This document shows positions 26,234 through 45,640 of a stretch of DNA of 64,000 nucleotides, in pieces. The notes beneath the pieces were generated by a model, which was given only the letters and a program-made list of their open reading frames with translations, was not told where the DNA came from and did no database searches. The DNA is taken from contig CP075492.1 in the NCBI GenBank assembly GCA_021613535.1, positions 4,402,001-4,466,000 of the forward strand. The letters run 5' to 3'. How positions within the stretch are numbered: the first letter of the stretch is position 1; every line of letters begins with the position of its first letter. This stretch comes from Adineta vaga (lineage: Eukaryota; Animalia; Rotifera). The translations under genes were made by a program, and so were the position numbers.

Positions 26234-28856
26234 ATGAATCGTGATATTGGTCGACCAATTTCTCGTCAAGCATTAGGACGAACAGCTTTTCTTGGTTCAC
26301 TTTATGATGCTACAACAGATGAATTTTGTGAACGTGTTATTGTTAATGAAGACATTCCAGCAATTGCAATTCGACAATTAGATGAAAATCATGGTCATTC
26401 TTCTTATGAATTTGATACAGATGTGTCGAAAAAATTAAAAAAATTAAATGTCGATGCTTCATTAAGTCTTAGTATTCTTGGTGGTCTAGTAAAAAGCGTG
26501 GGAGCAAGTAGTAATTATTTATATACACGAGATAAAACCAGTCAACAGGTTGAAGCTACATTCATTCATCGAACAATTACACGAACAGAATCTTTAAATG
26601 TTTCACATAAAGAATTGAAAGAACGTGTTGAACCAACTGCATTACGACATAAAAATGCTACACATGTAGTTACATCAATTCGATGGGGTGCTGATGTTTT
26701 TGCTCAATTTGAAGCAAAGAGTACAACAACAGAATCTAAACATGTAGCAAAAGCTGGATTAAAACTTGAATTAAATAAATTATTAAGCAAATTTATTTCT
26801 GTGAATCCAAATAATTCAATTGCTACACCTCTTGAAGCTCTGAATTCTGTTCCTGCGACGACGACATCAACAGCCAACAGCAGTACTCCAGCTGCACCTA
26901 CAGCTCAAATTGATAATGGAACGAGTAAATATTCATCCGTATCTCTTTTGATTACTATTTCTCTACATTATCTGTAGGTACACCACAAATATCATTTGAA
27001 AGTTCATCAACTACTACAAAATTCAATTATAAAATCACTCTATTTGGTGATATAATTCCAACAAATTGTCCAAAAAACATCGAAGAATTGACTGCAATGC
27101 TTCCAAGTATTACAACTGGTTTACAGAAAACGAATGGTGGTAAAGGACGTCCACTTGAATATATTATGTTACCAATCATAGAACTTGCGGAAATCCTTGG
27201 TCAAGAAATCATTTCCGATCGAATCTTTCGAGCCATAGAAGAAAATGTGGTACACGAAATTGAAACAATCTTTGATGAATGTAATCATTTACGAACCGTT
27301 GCTCATACATTAAATATATCGATTCAAAAAGCAGAAGATTTCTTTCTTGAAGAAGAAATGAATGAAATTAGTTCACAATATCAAACGATGTGTCATTTTA
27401 CACGAGATATTCGTGATCGAATTGGAAAAATGTTAGTTCGTGTTCGAAGTACTCATGCTCAATCATCGGAACTCGATCAATTATTGGTTGAAATTGAATC
27501 TCAAATGGCAACACAACGTGCAAAAACGAAACAATTGGAACGGAGTGATTTACATGAAAAATTAAAATTTATATGCGAACTTCGAGATAAAGAAGCTTGC
27601 TATTCGAGAACCTGAGTCACTCTTATTAATACAAAATATTCATCCTAAACATCAATTAATTGTATTGTATACAAGCAATGAACTTCGAACCAGTTCAAGA
27701 GATAACTGGATAACTGTTTATTTTAATTTTATTCGTCAAATTGAAGCAAATACGGAAGCACATGCTCGATTATTATTTTGTTATTTTGATTATGATTTAC
27801 ATCCAAATTTTCAACCACAATGTAAAAAACTGGAAGTACGAGAATATATTGGCGCCCCAATTATTACTCCCACATCTCGTATTAAACCACCTCTTCTCAA
27901 ATATATAGAAAGTAATGGTGGAGGAATTGATTCTTTGGTAAGTTGAATGTTAATATTATGACATTAAAATTCTCTTTCAGTTCAAAAGTGTTAATAGCAC
28001 TGCAACAGAATATATCGTTCAATGGCATCGAGATGCTAAGATACGTTTAGATGAAATGTTTGCAAAATCGAACAGTCGTATTCTAACATCATATGCTCCG
28101 TCATTAGCAACACGAAATGAAGTATTTGAAAAATTACGACGAAATCAAAGGAATATTTTATTGATTGGACGATCACGTACGGGAAAATCGACATTAAAAC
28201 ATATTCTAGTTGATCCAACATGGCTCCCTAATTCAATAAAACCATATTCTCAAACAGAATTTCCTTTATTTGATCAATATAGTGTCAAAGGAACGGATTT
28301 TCTCATTAATTTTATTGATACACCAGGTCTCTTTCAACGTACATCAAGTTCATCATCTTTACCAGATAATACAACATTAATACAATTAATCGATGGATAT
28401 ATTCGTTCGAAAGTTACACAACTTCATTTTATTTGTTTTTGTGTCTCAAGTGAAACGAAAGTCAATACAGAAGATCTTCATACAGTTCAAACAATTTTCG
28501 ATTTTCTCGGTCCTGAAATACGTAAAAATTCTTGTCTTATTCTAACAAATTGTGAATCAAAAACTGAACGAGAATTAGAAACAATATGTAAAGATATGCA
28601 AACAAATCTTGATTGGAAAGTTCTTTCATCACAAATGAAACAAGGTCTATTTTTCACTGGATCAATTCATCAAGATGATTGGATTGATGCATCACAATCA
28701 ATTTATCAACAATTTGAAAATGTTTGTCAATATCGAAATAAACTTTTAAATCTTTTTATTAATGCAGATGTTAAACCATTTGATTTAACATCGAATATAA
28801 TCGGACGAAAAATTAAAGAAGAAATTGATTTAAGAGGAAAAGCTAAGAATAAATAA
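26234..28856 (+). CDS. Stonustoxin/verrucotoxin (SNTX MACPF/CDC-like) domain fused to C-terminal AIG1/GIMAP-septin-like GTPase; apparent frameshift near 27595
   Basis: RQALGRTAFLGSLYDATTD, ATHVVTSIRWGADVFAQF, FGDIIPTNCP and GRPLEYIMLPI match SNTX-family motifs. G1 LIGRSRTGKST, G3 DTPG, G4-like LTNCE. Introns 26925-26977 and 27938-27980 splice in frame. Confidence 0.78.
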
Positions 28857-30105
28857 AACGAGAATCAATTTTCCATAATTGTGTTCATTATAATTTTCAT
28901 AGATTTATGAATAAATATCGAATATATATATATGTTTGCGTCTTTTCATTGTGATCATCGTATTGGATCGAGACAAATCCAGAAACTGTTGATAAAAATA
29001 CCTAATAACATATCATATAGTACATTTCTTTATAGCATAACGACATCTTTTGTTTTATCTTATTACCATATCATATATACAGAATAATTTGAAAATATAT
29101 TCAAGTAGTCTATTGAAAAAGAGTATGAAAGTATACAAAAGATATGAAATCAAATAATATCTACCATTTTAATCTGAAACCGTTCGTTATTCTGTTTTTC
29201 GTTATTATCTCGTTCAAATTTAGTCGATTAAGATTGAAAAACAGTGAAAATATATTGATTTTCTATTGATTCTCTGGAACGAGCAATCCAATTTTTTGCT
29301 CTCGAAACTTTCTATATTTTAGATTTTACCGTCATATTAATGCGCACGTCACATACGATTGAAATAAATTACACCTGAGAAAGCATGGTCGCAAATTATG
29401 ATTATTCTTTCATGCGTATATACACCACACCAGTTTTTTGATTGTTTTGAATCGAAATAGGTATTCAAGATGCATATTGTTTCAACTTTTTTGTACACTC
29501 TTAGTTATTTCATCAATACATTGGATTAGGATAGATGGTAGAAATTTGATAATATGTCTTTATTGTTTTCTTACGGAGATAGGATGAAAATGGCGTCTAA
29601 GAACGCCCTCTCTCTTTCGCTTTATGAGATTATCTTTGATTTATTTTCGAAACTTTTAGTAATTTCTCGAAAATTTCTTTTTCGTAGGAAAGCTTCTTTT
29701 ACTCTGTCGATTGTATGTTCATTCATGGAACAAATTTCGTTCTGTTCACATTCCAAACACAACGCGAATATGCTTAAGTAACCGTGACTAGGTATTTTTC
29801 GTAGTTCTGCTAATTTACTTGAAAACAAACAAAATTTTTCTATTCAAAACACTGTTATTAGATTTAAGCTATCTTTTTCCAATGTTTTTTCACTCAGAAA
29901 ACATCGAAAAAAGTCGAGCGGCGCTAGTTTACATCTTCTATCTAGTGCTCCAATCAGATAAAATACGAGTAGAGACGAGGAGATGTGACTCATTCTATTA
30001 AGAAATAAATTGAACAAACGAACGAAAAAAAAATGAATGAATATAAACATCTGATTATCATTGATTTCCAGATGATTTTTGCTTTCAATTAATCAAAATC
30101 TAACT

Positions 30106-34188
<4,083 letters not shown>

Positions 34189-34248
34189 TTCTTCTATAAT
34201 TTATTCCTTTACTGCATCTTCCTCACAAACATATATTTCCTTTCTCAA

Positions 34249-34250
<2 letters not shown>

Positions 34251-34291
<41 letters not shown>
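34251..34291. repeat. (ATT)n microsatellite in the MSK 3' region
   Basis: About 13 perfect ATT units; the source of spurious poly-Tyr and poly-Asn ORFs. Confidence 0.95.
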
Positions 34292-34921
34292 CGTCAGTGC
34301 TTGTGTTTATTTCTCTCCTGTTCGCCTTCATTGTTGTTGTTGTTGTTTTTTGTTTTTCTTCTTGGTTGGGAAAGATCAATTCACTATTGTATGTCCATGT
34401 GCCTCTCGTTTTTTTCTTCTCTTCATATTTTCTTCTTTTTTCTTTTTGTAACAATCACTACGGATGATGGATTTTGTGAAAGAAATCTCTGTTTATGCAG
34501 ACATTTTTCAAAAATAGTTCTTCTCGATAAACAGAATAACATCAAAATATTTATAATATCAAAAACATGAAAGTTCCTAGTCAAATAGAATGTCAGTCAT
34601 GCGTACATTTTTTTAACAGATATTTTGTAGTCAATCAAGATATAAACTCATTATAAACATATGATGTACCTGATATCCTGATATTTATGTCACATACTTC
34701 CATGTTTTATACTTTCTCATACATTAAAGAAATATTTCATTAGAAAGAAGAGTCGATTACAATGACAAAAGCATTTTTATTTCGAATAGAATAAATATCA
34801 ATTCAGAACAATGATATATGACATTACTATTTATATACATAGACTATAAATCACTGGATAATTATTTATTATTCTCGAAAATAACAAAGTAAGTGATCAA
34901 TGTAAAGATAGAAGAAAAGAT

Positions 34922-37735
34922 CTATTTCGAACGACAACACGTTGTTGATAATGATGGCAACCGTTTTGACGAGGATGATGAAGATTTTAAATATTGATCG
35001 TCACTTAATTGTAAAACATCCGGACGATCTTGAACTTTATAAGTTAAACAACGACGAATAAATCCTTTTGCTTCATTAGAAACTTGAGGTCGAACAGGAA
35101 ATTGAACTTCTTTAGCATTTAAAATAATCTGATTTTCCAAGACAGCTGCTTGAGATAAATTATGACCATATGGTTTTCGACCATATAAACATTGATAGAA
35201 AATACCTAAATACAACTAATTACATTAATCTTTAATGATTAGAAATGCAACTTACAACCAACACTCCAGACATCAACTTTCGATGAGATCTTCGGTGGAT
35301 TTAGACCTTGAACGAATACTTCTGGTGGTAAATACCAATAAGTACCCGCACCTATAACAATACGAAAAAAACCTACGAATGAATCCAATAAAATTCACAT
35401 TTTCACCTTGTGATGAAAGGTCCATTCCATCTTCATCAAATACATCTTCGTGCATCTGTTTGGATAAACCAAAATCAGTTATTTTGATTTCACAACTATG
35501 ATCATCTGTTCCTAATAGAACATTGCCTGGCTTTAAATCATAATGAATCTAAATAGTAATCAATAAACATGAATCGAATATATATATCAATGAAATAACA
35601 AACCACAGGTGGTTTTATCTCAACATTGAGATATTTTAATGCATTAATAATTTGTATGATAATTAAACGTGCTTCTTTTTCTGGTAGAATTTTATTTTGT
35701 TTAAGATAAAAATCCAAATCATTTCCATTACAATATTCCAAAACTGTACAAAATGAATTTGTATCAATTTCAAAAACATCAAATAATTTCACAATTCCTA
35801 AATTAATTATCGATTAATTTTAATTCATTTCAATGATAACAAACTTACTTTTATGTTCAAGATGTTTATGTATATCATATTCACGAAGTGCATGTTTTAT
35901 ATAATTCACTTTCTTTTCATCTTTCCATTCTTTGTTCAATTGATGAATTTTACAAGCTACATAACATTGATTTTCAAGATCAAAAGCACGATGAACTTCA
36001 CTAAAACCACCTTTACCAATTAATGTTAAAAGCAAATATCGATCATGAAGAATATTATTATTATTAAATCGAGAATGATCTTCATAATATAAACGTTTCA
36101 ATTCTCGTATATGAATATTTCGTTGTCGATCAAGATTTTCTAAATCTTGTACTAAATCATTTTCTTCACGTTTTAGTGTTAATTGTCGGAGACGAAGAAC
36201 TTCATCATATTCATACCAATCTTGTAAAGTCATTGGAGATGTTGAACAAGGTGACAATAAGGATGATGATGATGAAGATGATGAACTACCACTATCATTC
36301 GAATGATCGATAAAAAACGGATTTGGAAAAGAGAATGTCGTATTATTTGTAAGTGGAATTGATTTTTGTGAACTAGAAAACAAATGCAAATAAGTGAGTG
36401 GATGTTGGTGGAAGGAGTAGAAAAACGTTTGAAATGACTTCCGTTGTATGTCGGATAACCTTTCGTTCTTTTCTATTGAATATTATACATAATTTATGTG
36501 TAATACTATGCTTTTAAATAGATTTTTGTATGATTTTAATAACTAATTATATGCAATTATATGGTAAGTATTTCTGATGATTAGAAAAGATTGCTTTTTA
36601 TATAAAGTTTTTCTTTCAACTATCCAGTATTTCTTTTTTAAACAAAGAAATTTTACTTTGTTAATATATTAATTGTTAAATTTTTCTTCATTCTTTTTGT
36701 ACTTGTTGAAGATATATTCATATCTGAAGAATTTGAACCACTATATTTTGTCTCGTCAAATATGGAATGTTGTTGTTGTTGTAAGAATACTTTCTTCTTT
36801 GCTAAATCTTTTCGATCTTTATTGAGAGTTTTTCTTGTTCGTACTAATTGTTCTTGTGCACGTTTTTTTTCTTGAAATTCTATTCCATCATTCCATTGTT
36901 CAGTAAATGACATGCCATGTCGTTGAGTAATAAATTGTCCAAGACGTAAACGATTTTCCATTGCTGTTTGTCGTATTTGTTTTTTTTCTAGTCGAGATTG
37001 ATCAATAAGTAATGAACGTGTTATAGTTAAACAACGTTTTATTGTGTCCATCGTGTTTTCATATTGACATTGAATGTCAATTGTTGTTCGACGTAATTCA
37101 TTAATTTGTACAATTAATTGATTTTGTTCATTTAGTATATCTTGATGGCTAGATGTAAATGAAGATATAGGATCAGTTTGAATCGATTTACTATTATGAT
37201 TGATTAACTTCACAATTGATTCGTTGGACGGTATTGAAGGTGAAAAGAACATGGTAAGAGACGGGGATCGTTTTGCTGGTATTGAAGGTGTAGAAAGTAC
37301 TTGTTTACGTTTACGACATGATAGATTATTGAATGGATGAAATGAAGAATTCATATTTGATTGAGATAAAATCGGATCAAATGATGTTGAAGATAATAGT
37401 CCTGTTAAGATGATATCTGATGATTTCATTTTTTCATCTCTTAAAGAGAAAAACAAAAAATGTTTGTCAGAAGATTCTTGTTCTATGAACACTTTTATTT
37501 TTTTTTCATTGTCAAGTATATGATTACTTCGAAGGTTAAAGCAAAAGTTAAGTACATACTTCGAATAAGTGGCTAGGGTCTGTTCATTTTGTTGTAAATA
37601 TGTCATTGGTATTGATTTGCTTGGTAGATGAAATACGTGATAATTATCTTGATGCTGTTTACAAAGAGCAGGAATATTTGAAGAGGATCTTATTCTCCAA
37701 TGAAGAAGTTCAGATTGAAATTCAGAATTAGTCAT
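34922..37735 (-). CDS. TLK: Tousled-like serine/threonine kinase; multi-exon, start codon uncertain
   Basis: [35 protein letters not shown]-like [98 protein letters not shown]. An alternative start exists at 37429. Confidence 0.93.
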
Positions 37736-39646
37736 CTCAATAACAGTCAACTAGAAAAGAAAAAAGAAAATAGACAAGGTCATTAGAAATTATTATCAAT
37801 GTCTATAAAAGACTAAATAATAAAAATATTTGGAGAGAAGATCATATGTGAGAAAAAGAAAAAAGGAAAGAAAGAAAGAGAAAATATGTAAAAATCATAT
37901 GATAGATGTTTGTTTGTCTGTCGCAATGAGACAGAACACAACAAATGTAAGAAAACGTGAGAAAAACAATAATTATAAGAACACAAGGGCAACGGCATGT
38001 AAACCAGTCTGTAAATACATATACAAAAAACGAGAAACGTCATCGTCAATAAACACGACTGCTGTTCTGATGGGTAAAAAACCGATGGGGCGAAGGGTGA
38101 ATGATGAATAAGCGACGTATCGAGAAAAAAACGTAAAAATAGAGAAAAAAAAGACTACTAATGTCTACATTTGATAGTCATGATCATCATCATCATCATC
38201 ATCATAACGATTGCTTCTGTTTATTAGCCAAAAGCATTGAAAGTATCATACGACAATGAAATGTAAACGGAATGTATTTCTAATCGTCACATTGCCAAAC
38301 AAAATGAAAAAAAAACATGCATGGATGTAATCTAGAATACAGCCATGATGAATGTCAGATATCAATCATTTAAAAGGAAAAAAAAGAGCGCACAAGTTTA
38401 TTTTTATACTTATTTGATAATAACCAGTATTAATTCGTACTTAATAAACCTATATAAATGTGGAAAAAAATGACTCCATCGTTTTCTTTACAACGGATAA
38501 CTGCAGTTTAATAAATCGACTTTGAGTACTTTCATTATGAGAACTTAAGAACTATTTATAACATATAGTGACCTGTGTTTTAAATTTTCATGATTCATTA
38601 AACAATATGATCTAATTGAAATATTCTTCATGCGACGATCGTGAAAGTTTTGATCTGAACAAGAAATTAGAAATGACAATTTTGAAATACACTGGATCTT
38701 CAGCATTCATGACATTTGATGATTAAAACGGATGTGTAATCCCATATAGACTAATGCGATACAAATTGAGAGCCTTTGTTTATATTATCATCAAAACTAA
38801 AAGGAAATTTAACTGTTAGAGCAAATGACTAGTGTTTTTTTTATTAATCTTCTTATCTGTTAACTAAATCCATTGAATATCACAATCATTTTAAAAAGAG
38901 ATCCTACGTCATTCAACTAGACTTCGTTCCTGACTAAATTTGATCCCATCTGTTTAAAACTTTTATTAGACATATCAGATGCTATTTTAATAAAGATAAT
39001 ATTATTTGATTGAACTTTATTATATCAAAAAAGATAAGAGAAAGAAAATAATATGATTATTCTATTTTAAAAATCTCTTTACAATGTAAAAAAAAGAAAG
39101 AAAGAAACTGATCTTCTCATCTTGAACTATAAAAACTAATATTTCATCCTTGAAAACAAAAAAGGATTAGTTTTAATAAAAGAAGAGTAAAATATATCTA
39201 CCTAGTTTTATCCGAATAAACGTCATTCTATTCCGTACTTATTCATTAATTCGACATATCATCTTGTCTTTCATGTCACGAGACATACATCATCGTAGCA
39301 CTTACATAGATTAAAATGAACCGTTTCAACTAACTAAAATATTATTACATATTAATTGAAAAAGAAAAATTGTAACTTTATAAACCACTGCGTATAGTCT
39401 CAATCTTGATTTGCATAATCATATAAAAGATGGATAACCTGAATATGTAAGAATTGATAAGACATGACATGATGTATGTGTATAAATATAGCACAGAAGG
39501 AGAAGAAGAAGTAAATCTTTATCTACGAAAGAACTTTTCATTTTGTTAACTATCTTCATTGGTTAAAAGAGTCTACCAATGTTAATCAACCAGTTGAATC
39601 AAACAATATGTTTCTCTTCTTCTTTTTCTTTTTTAAATTTATCATC

Positions 39647-40286
39647 ATGACGAGTAGTAATGCTGTTCCATCACTGTTCGGTGGGAAAAGCAAATTAATA
39701 GCTGTCATTGGTGATGAAGTGAGTGACAGAAAGAATTAACGTTCATATAATTCAGTTTTGTTTCTATCAATAGGATACTGTAACTGGATTTTTATTAGGT
39801 GGAATCGGTGAAATTAATGCTAAAACACGAAAACCAAATTTTTTGATTGTTGATAAAAGTTTGTATAAAAAAATGTGATTTAATTATTTTCGAGTACATT
39901 GTTTTTTTCTTAGATACCAAACTTATGGATATTGAAGAAGCATTTAAGAATTTTCTTACTCGAGATGATATTGGAATTATTCTTATTAGTCAATATGTAA
40001 GATAGTTTGTCTTAGATAATAATAATTATAAATGAATGAGAAAAATATCTTTTTTTATTATTTCAAGATTGCAGAAATGATTCGTGGATTGGTTGATGGT
40101 CATGACAAATCTGTGCCTGCTATTTTAGAAATTCCAAGTAAAGAACATCCATATGATGCTTCCAAAGATTCAATTTTACGACGTGCTCGGGTAAGGAACA
40201 TTTTGTTAGTGAAAAAAGATTAAGAAACTAAACTTTGAAATATCTATTGTATTTAGGGTATGTTCAGTGCTGATGATTTCAAATAA
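39647..40286 (+). CDS. ATP6V1F: V-type proton ATPase subunit F; 5 exons
   Basis: [23 protein letters not shown]...[28 protein letters not shown]...[32 protein letters not shown]. Confidence 0.96.
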
Positions 40287-41543
40287 AACTTCTTAATCGA
40301 TTTCTATTTTTTCATTCTGTGATTATGATGATTTATAATAAATATGAACTTGAAAACTAAGATTTATAGAATATTTTATAAAAGAAATAACGACGGATAA
40401 TCAATAAGCTCGAAGGATTATTTTTATTTTCGCTTGACAATCGTAACGTGACATTTAGAACATATTTTTCATTTTATTTTCTAATGTCATATGAGTACAA
40501 TGCAATGTTAAATCGTACGTTCTTTTTTTGTCAATTGTTGAAAGATTTTCTAGACATGATTTGGATTATAACTACGTTTACCACCATTAAGTTCATCTTG
40601 ATCGCGAAATCGTCGTTTGATATAAATGTTGAATCAATAGAATAACAATAAAAAATTAAACGAAACATACACAACTGATTTTCAAGAAAAAAAACAAATC
40701 TTCGGATAGCAGAATTACTTGAGATAGAAGTGTTTATTTAAGATCAAGTATTTTTCATTGCCGATTATAAACAATTTCAGTTGTTTTTGCACTTCAGATG
40801 AAACTAGAAAGGTTAAAGATCTATGTAACTTCTACGTTTGTACATTGATTATATGTTGATGTATGAATAAGACAAACGACGGTCATTGAGTACTGTACAA
40901 TTCCTTAGTAATAACAGAAAGAAATTATTCATTGTAAAGCCGATAAGAAACGCACTCAACGATCTCTTTGATGCTAAAACAGTAAACCTTGATGGAGAAC
41001 CAGAAAAATCATGATCGAGCAAAAAAGTAGTCTTAACGATCATTAATCTGTGTACTTTTCATAAGTAAAAACAAATGATTACTATATTCATACTAAAACA
41101 TTATTCGACAAAAGCTAAATGCACAATTGCTGTTTACTTTTACTGAATTTTCTTCGTATCGATTGTATTTTGCACTGAATTCTATTGCAAGAAAAATAAA
41201 AAAAACATCATTATTGTAACATTGAAAACAGAAATAATTCAACAGTTGAAAAAGATAACTATTAAGTTACGTGCAAGATGTTTGTTAACAATCATTCTCA
41301 ATTTTCAAAATTTACTGTAGTCTATTCTATGGTTTTTGAAAGGAGAGGTTGTGCTCGTATGAAAATGAATAACAATATCGACGAATAGTAAACCTTTTCT
41401 TTCGTTCTTTTGGACAAAACATATACCAACCTGACTAAGAAAGAAAAACGAGTTAAACACAAATATAATTTATTTTTATTACTATTCGTTTGCATCATAC
41501 TATGACATACTGTCACCAGTGAAAACGTTTTTTCAATACAAAA

Positions 41544-43085
41544 ATGTGGATTATTTTACTCATTACCCTTTTGTTTCTTCTTTCGATTACAATTTTTATC
41601 ATCTATATGAAATTAGTTCGTCCAGAAAAACGTGCCTATGATATATTACGTGCCCAAGGAGTTCCTGGTGAACCATTTATTCCTTTACTTGGTCAACTTT
41701 CAACATTGCATCGTTATCGTGAAGCTGATATAATGATGAAATATTATGAAGATATGACCGAAAAATATGGTAGTGTTTTTCTATATTGTTTTGGTCCTGT
41801 TATGCGTTTAGTAATCAATGAACCTGATATGCTTGCTGATGTTCTCAGTCGAACTAATGCACACAATTATGTAAAACCGACGCTTGGTAGTACAATATTT
41901 GCGCCAATTATTGGTCACCATAATTTATTAGTTGCTGAAGGTAATGAACATGAACGAGCACGTCGAATGATTAATCCAGCTTTTCATCATATAAATTTGA
42001 AATCAATGATTTCTATTATTGCTGATCGAATACAACGAGTAATTGAGAAAATTTTTAATGAAACAAATTTAAGTGAAAATGAAATTGATTTACAAGTATT
42101 ATTTAATACATTGACATTATCTATTATTGTATCAAGTGCATTTGGTTCAGATTTAGAAGCAAATGCTCAAGCAAAAGATATCATGACTCGTGTATTAAAT
42201 GAAGCTCTTGATGCGATTTTATATCGTTCATTACGTATGATTAATCAAATTCCATTTCTTTCCAAATTACCATTTTGGAAAAAAGATATTGTTGATAAAG
42301 GTGGTCGAGTCGTAGCAAAATTTGTCGATGAACTTATTACTGATCGACGACAAGGACATTCTACAAGTATGTCAAATGGACCTGATCTACTTGATTTACT
42401 TCTTTCAACAGTCGATAATGAAGGAAAAGTATTTACTGATCAAGAAATCAAAGAACAAGCTCTTACATTTGTACTTGCTGGAAGTGAAACAACAGGAAAT
42501 CTTATGGTTTGGGTATTTTATATTTTAATGACACATGATACTGTTTTTCAAGCATGTCGCGAAGAAGTTGATCAAATTATTCCATACGGCATTGAAATAA
42601 CAAATGAACATTTGGCTGACTTAGTTATATGTGAAGCAGTTATCAATGAAACATTACGTTTGTATCCATCTGCACCAGTCTTTGTTCGACAATGTATACA
42701 TGAACATACAATTGGTACGAAACAAAAATTACGTATTCCTGTCGGTACAAGTGTTTTGATTAATAGTTACACACTTCATCGTCGTAGTGATCTTTGGTCA
42801 CGACCATTAGAATTTGACTATACTCGTTGGTTACGTGATCCAAAAACAGGTTTAAAACCGAAATTACCTCATCCATTTGCTTATCTCCCATTTGCTGCTG
42901 GACCACGAAATTGTATTGGACAAAATTTTGCATTATTAGAAGCAAAAATCATGTTAGCAATGTTCGTACAACAATGTGATTTTAAATTAATATCAGGACA
43001 AAAAATAGTTCCGGACTTGAAAATAACTCTACGAACGAAATATGGTCTTTTCGCAAATATTACTAGACGAAAAATTTATAAATGA
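41544..43085 (+). CDS. Cytochrome P450, membrane-anchored, intronless
   Basis: N-terminal TM helix, I-helix AGSETT, K-helix ETLR, heme motif PFAAGPRNCIG; 513-aa single ORF. Confidence 0.95.
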   Translation: MWIILLITLLFLLSITIFIIYMKLVRPEKRAYDILRAQGVPGEPFIPLLGQLSTLHRYREADIMMKYYEDMTEKYGSVFLYCFGPVMRLVINEPDMLADVLSRTNAHNYVKPTLGSTIFAPIIGHHNLLVAEGNEHERARRMINPAFHHINLKSMISIIADRIQRVIEKIFNETNLSENEIDLQVLFNTLTLSIIVSSAFGSDLEANAQAKDIMTRVLNEALDAILYRSLRMINQIPFLSKLPFWKKDIVDKGGRVVAKFVDELITDRRQGHSTSMSNGPDLLDLLLSTVDNEGKVFTDQEIKEQALTFVLAGSETTGNLMVWVFYILMTHDTVFQACREEVDQIIPYGIEITNEHLADLVICEAVINETLRLYPSAPVFVRQCIHEHTIGTKQKLRIPVGTSVLINSYTLHRRSDLWSRPLEFDYTRWLRDPKTGLKPKLPHPFAYLPFAAGPRNCIGQNFALLEAKIMLAMFVQQCDFKLISGQKIVPDLKITLRTKYGLFANITRRKIYK

Positions 43086-44161
43086 ATGTAATCTAGGTAA
43101 AGAAAGGAAAACTTTTAGTCACAAATAGATCGATTTTATTTATTTATTCGTAAATTGTCTTGATTTTCTTGCACATTTTATAGACAAGATAATTGATGTA
43201 TGTCAATACGTACAATCGTTTGAATTGTATAAATATGTGTGTGCTATATTTGTCTACTTTCCTTCATTTATCAACAAGAATCTCGCATTTGTATTTATTG
43301 ACCTTCGGATTTCGATGATAAATCGATGATAAATCGAAAAAAAATCGAATCAATAAATAGATTTATGATTGGATTTAGATTTATTTTCTTGCTCCAAATA
43401 GATTTTCCCTCCAGATATATCTTAAGCTCGGTTAATCATATTTATGAGAAAATATCAATAAAAAAATTATTTTCTATTAGGAAAAAAACATGAATATTCT
43501 TCATATATCTATTTACTACGAATGATCTTATTCCGATAGAAAGGGAGGAAAAAACTTTACTTGATGAAAAGTAGCCTCAAGGTACTGGAGTTGTTCTTAT
43601 CAGACATATAAACAAATGTAAAAATGCAGGGAAAAAAACCTATTTCAATATATCATTAATCGTTTTAATTAATGTACAGATCATGCTTGGGAGAAAAAAG
43701 AACCCGATGCAATGGTAAACTTCTCTCATCGTCAATATAGAACAATGTTTATAGACTCGGTATTTTGATCCTTCGAACAATAATTACTTTTCTCTCGATC
43801 GAAGACATTTCCATATCATCATTGACGAAAACTGTCGAAGTTATTTAGCATACGATCGAAAGATTCATTCTCCAAATAAAGATTGTGTTTGATTTATGTT
43901 TTTATATTAGTTTGCGTCTTCTAACGCCATGACAGACAAAATCGACAGACATATAAGAAAAAAGAAAAAGAAAAGAACTCACCACGCACACACAAGCATA
44001 TAAAGAAGAAGAAGAAAAGAAATTGTTGACGATCATTCACACGTTCATCCATCCGATTTATCGATATGACAAGACGGATGAGTGCGTGTTCGAACAAAAT
44101 AGATGAGAAAAAGAAGAAGAAGAAGAAGAAGAAGAAAAATAAAACCAAACATCATTAGGAT

Positions 44162-45640
<1,479 letters not shown>

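Noticed and set aside
29300-29900. Possible Tc1/mariner remnant (TIDRVKEAFLRKR)
   Set aside because: Only a faint resemblance; no DDE/D motif or terminal inverted repeats identified.
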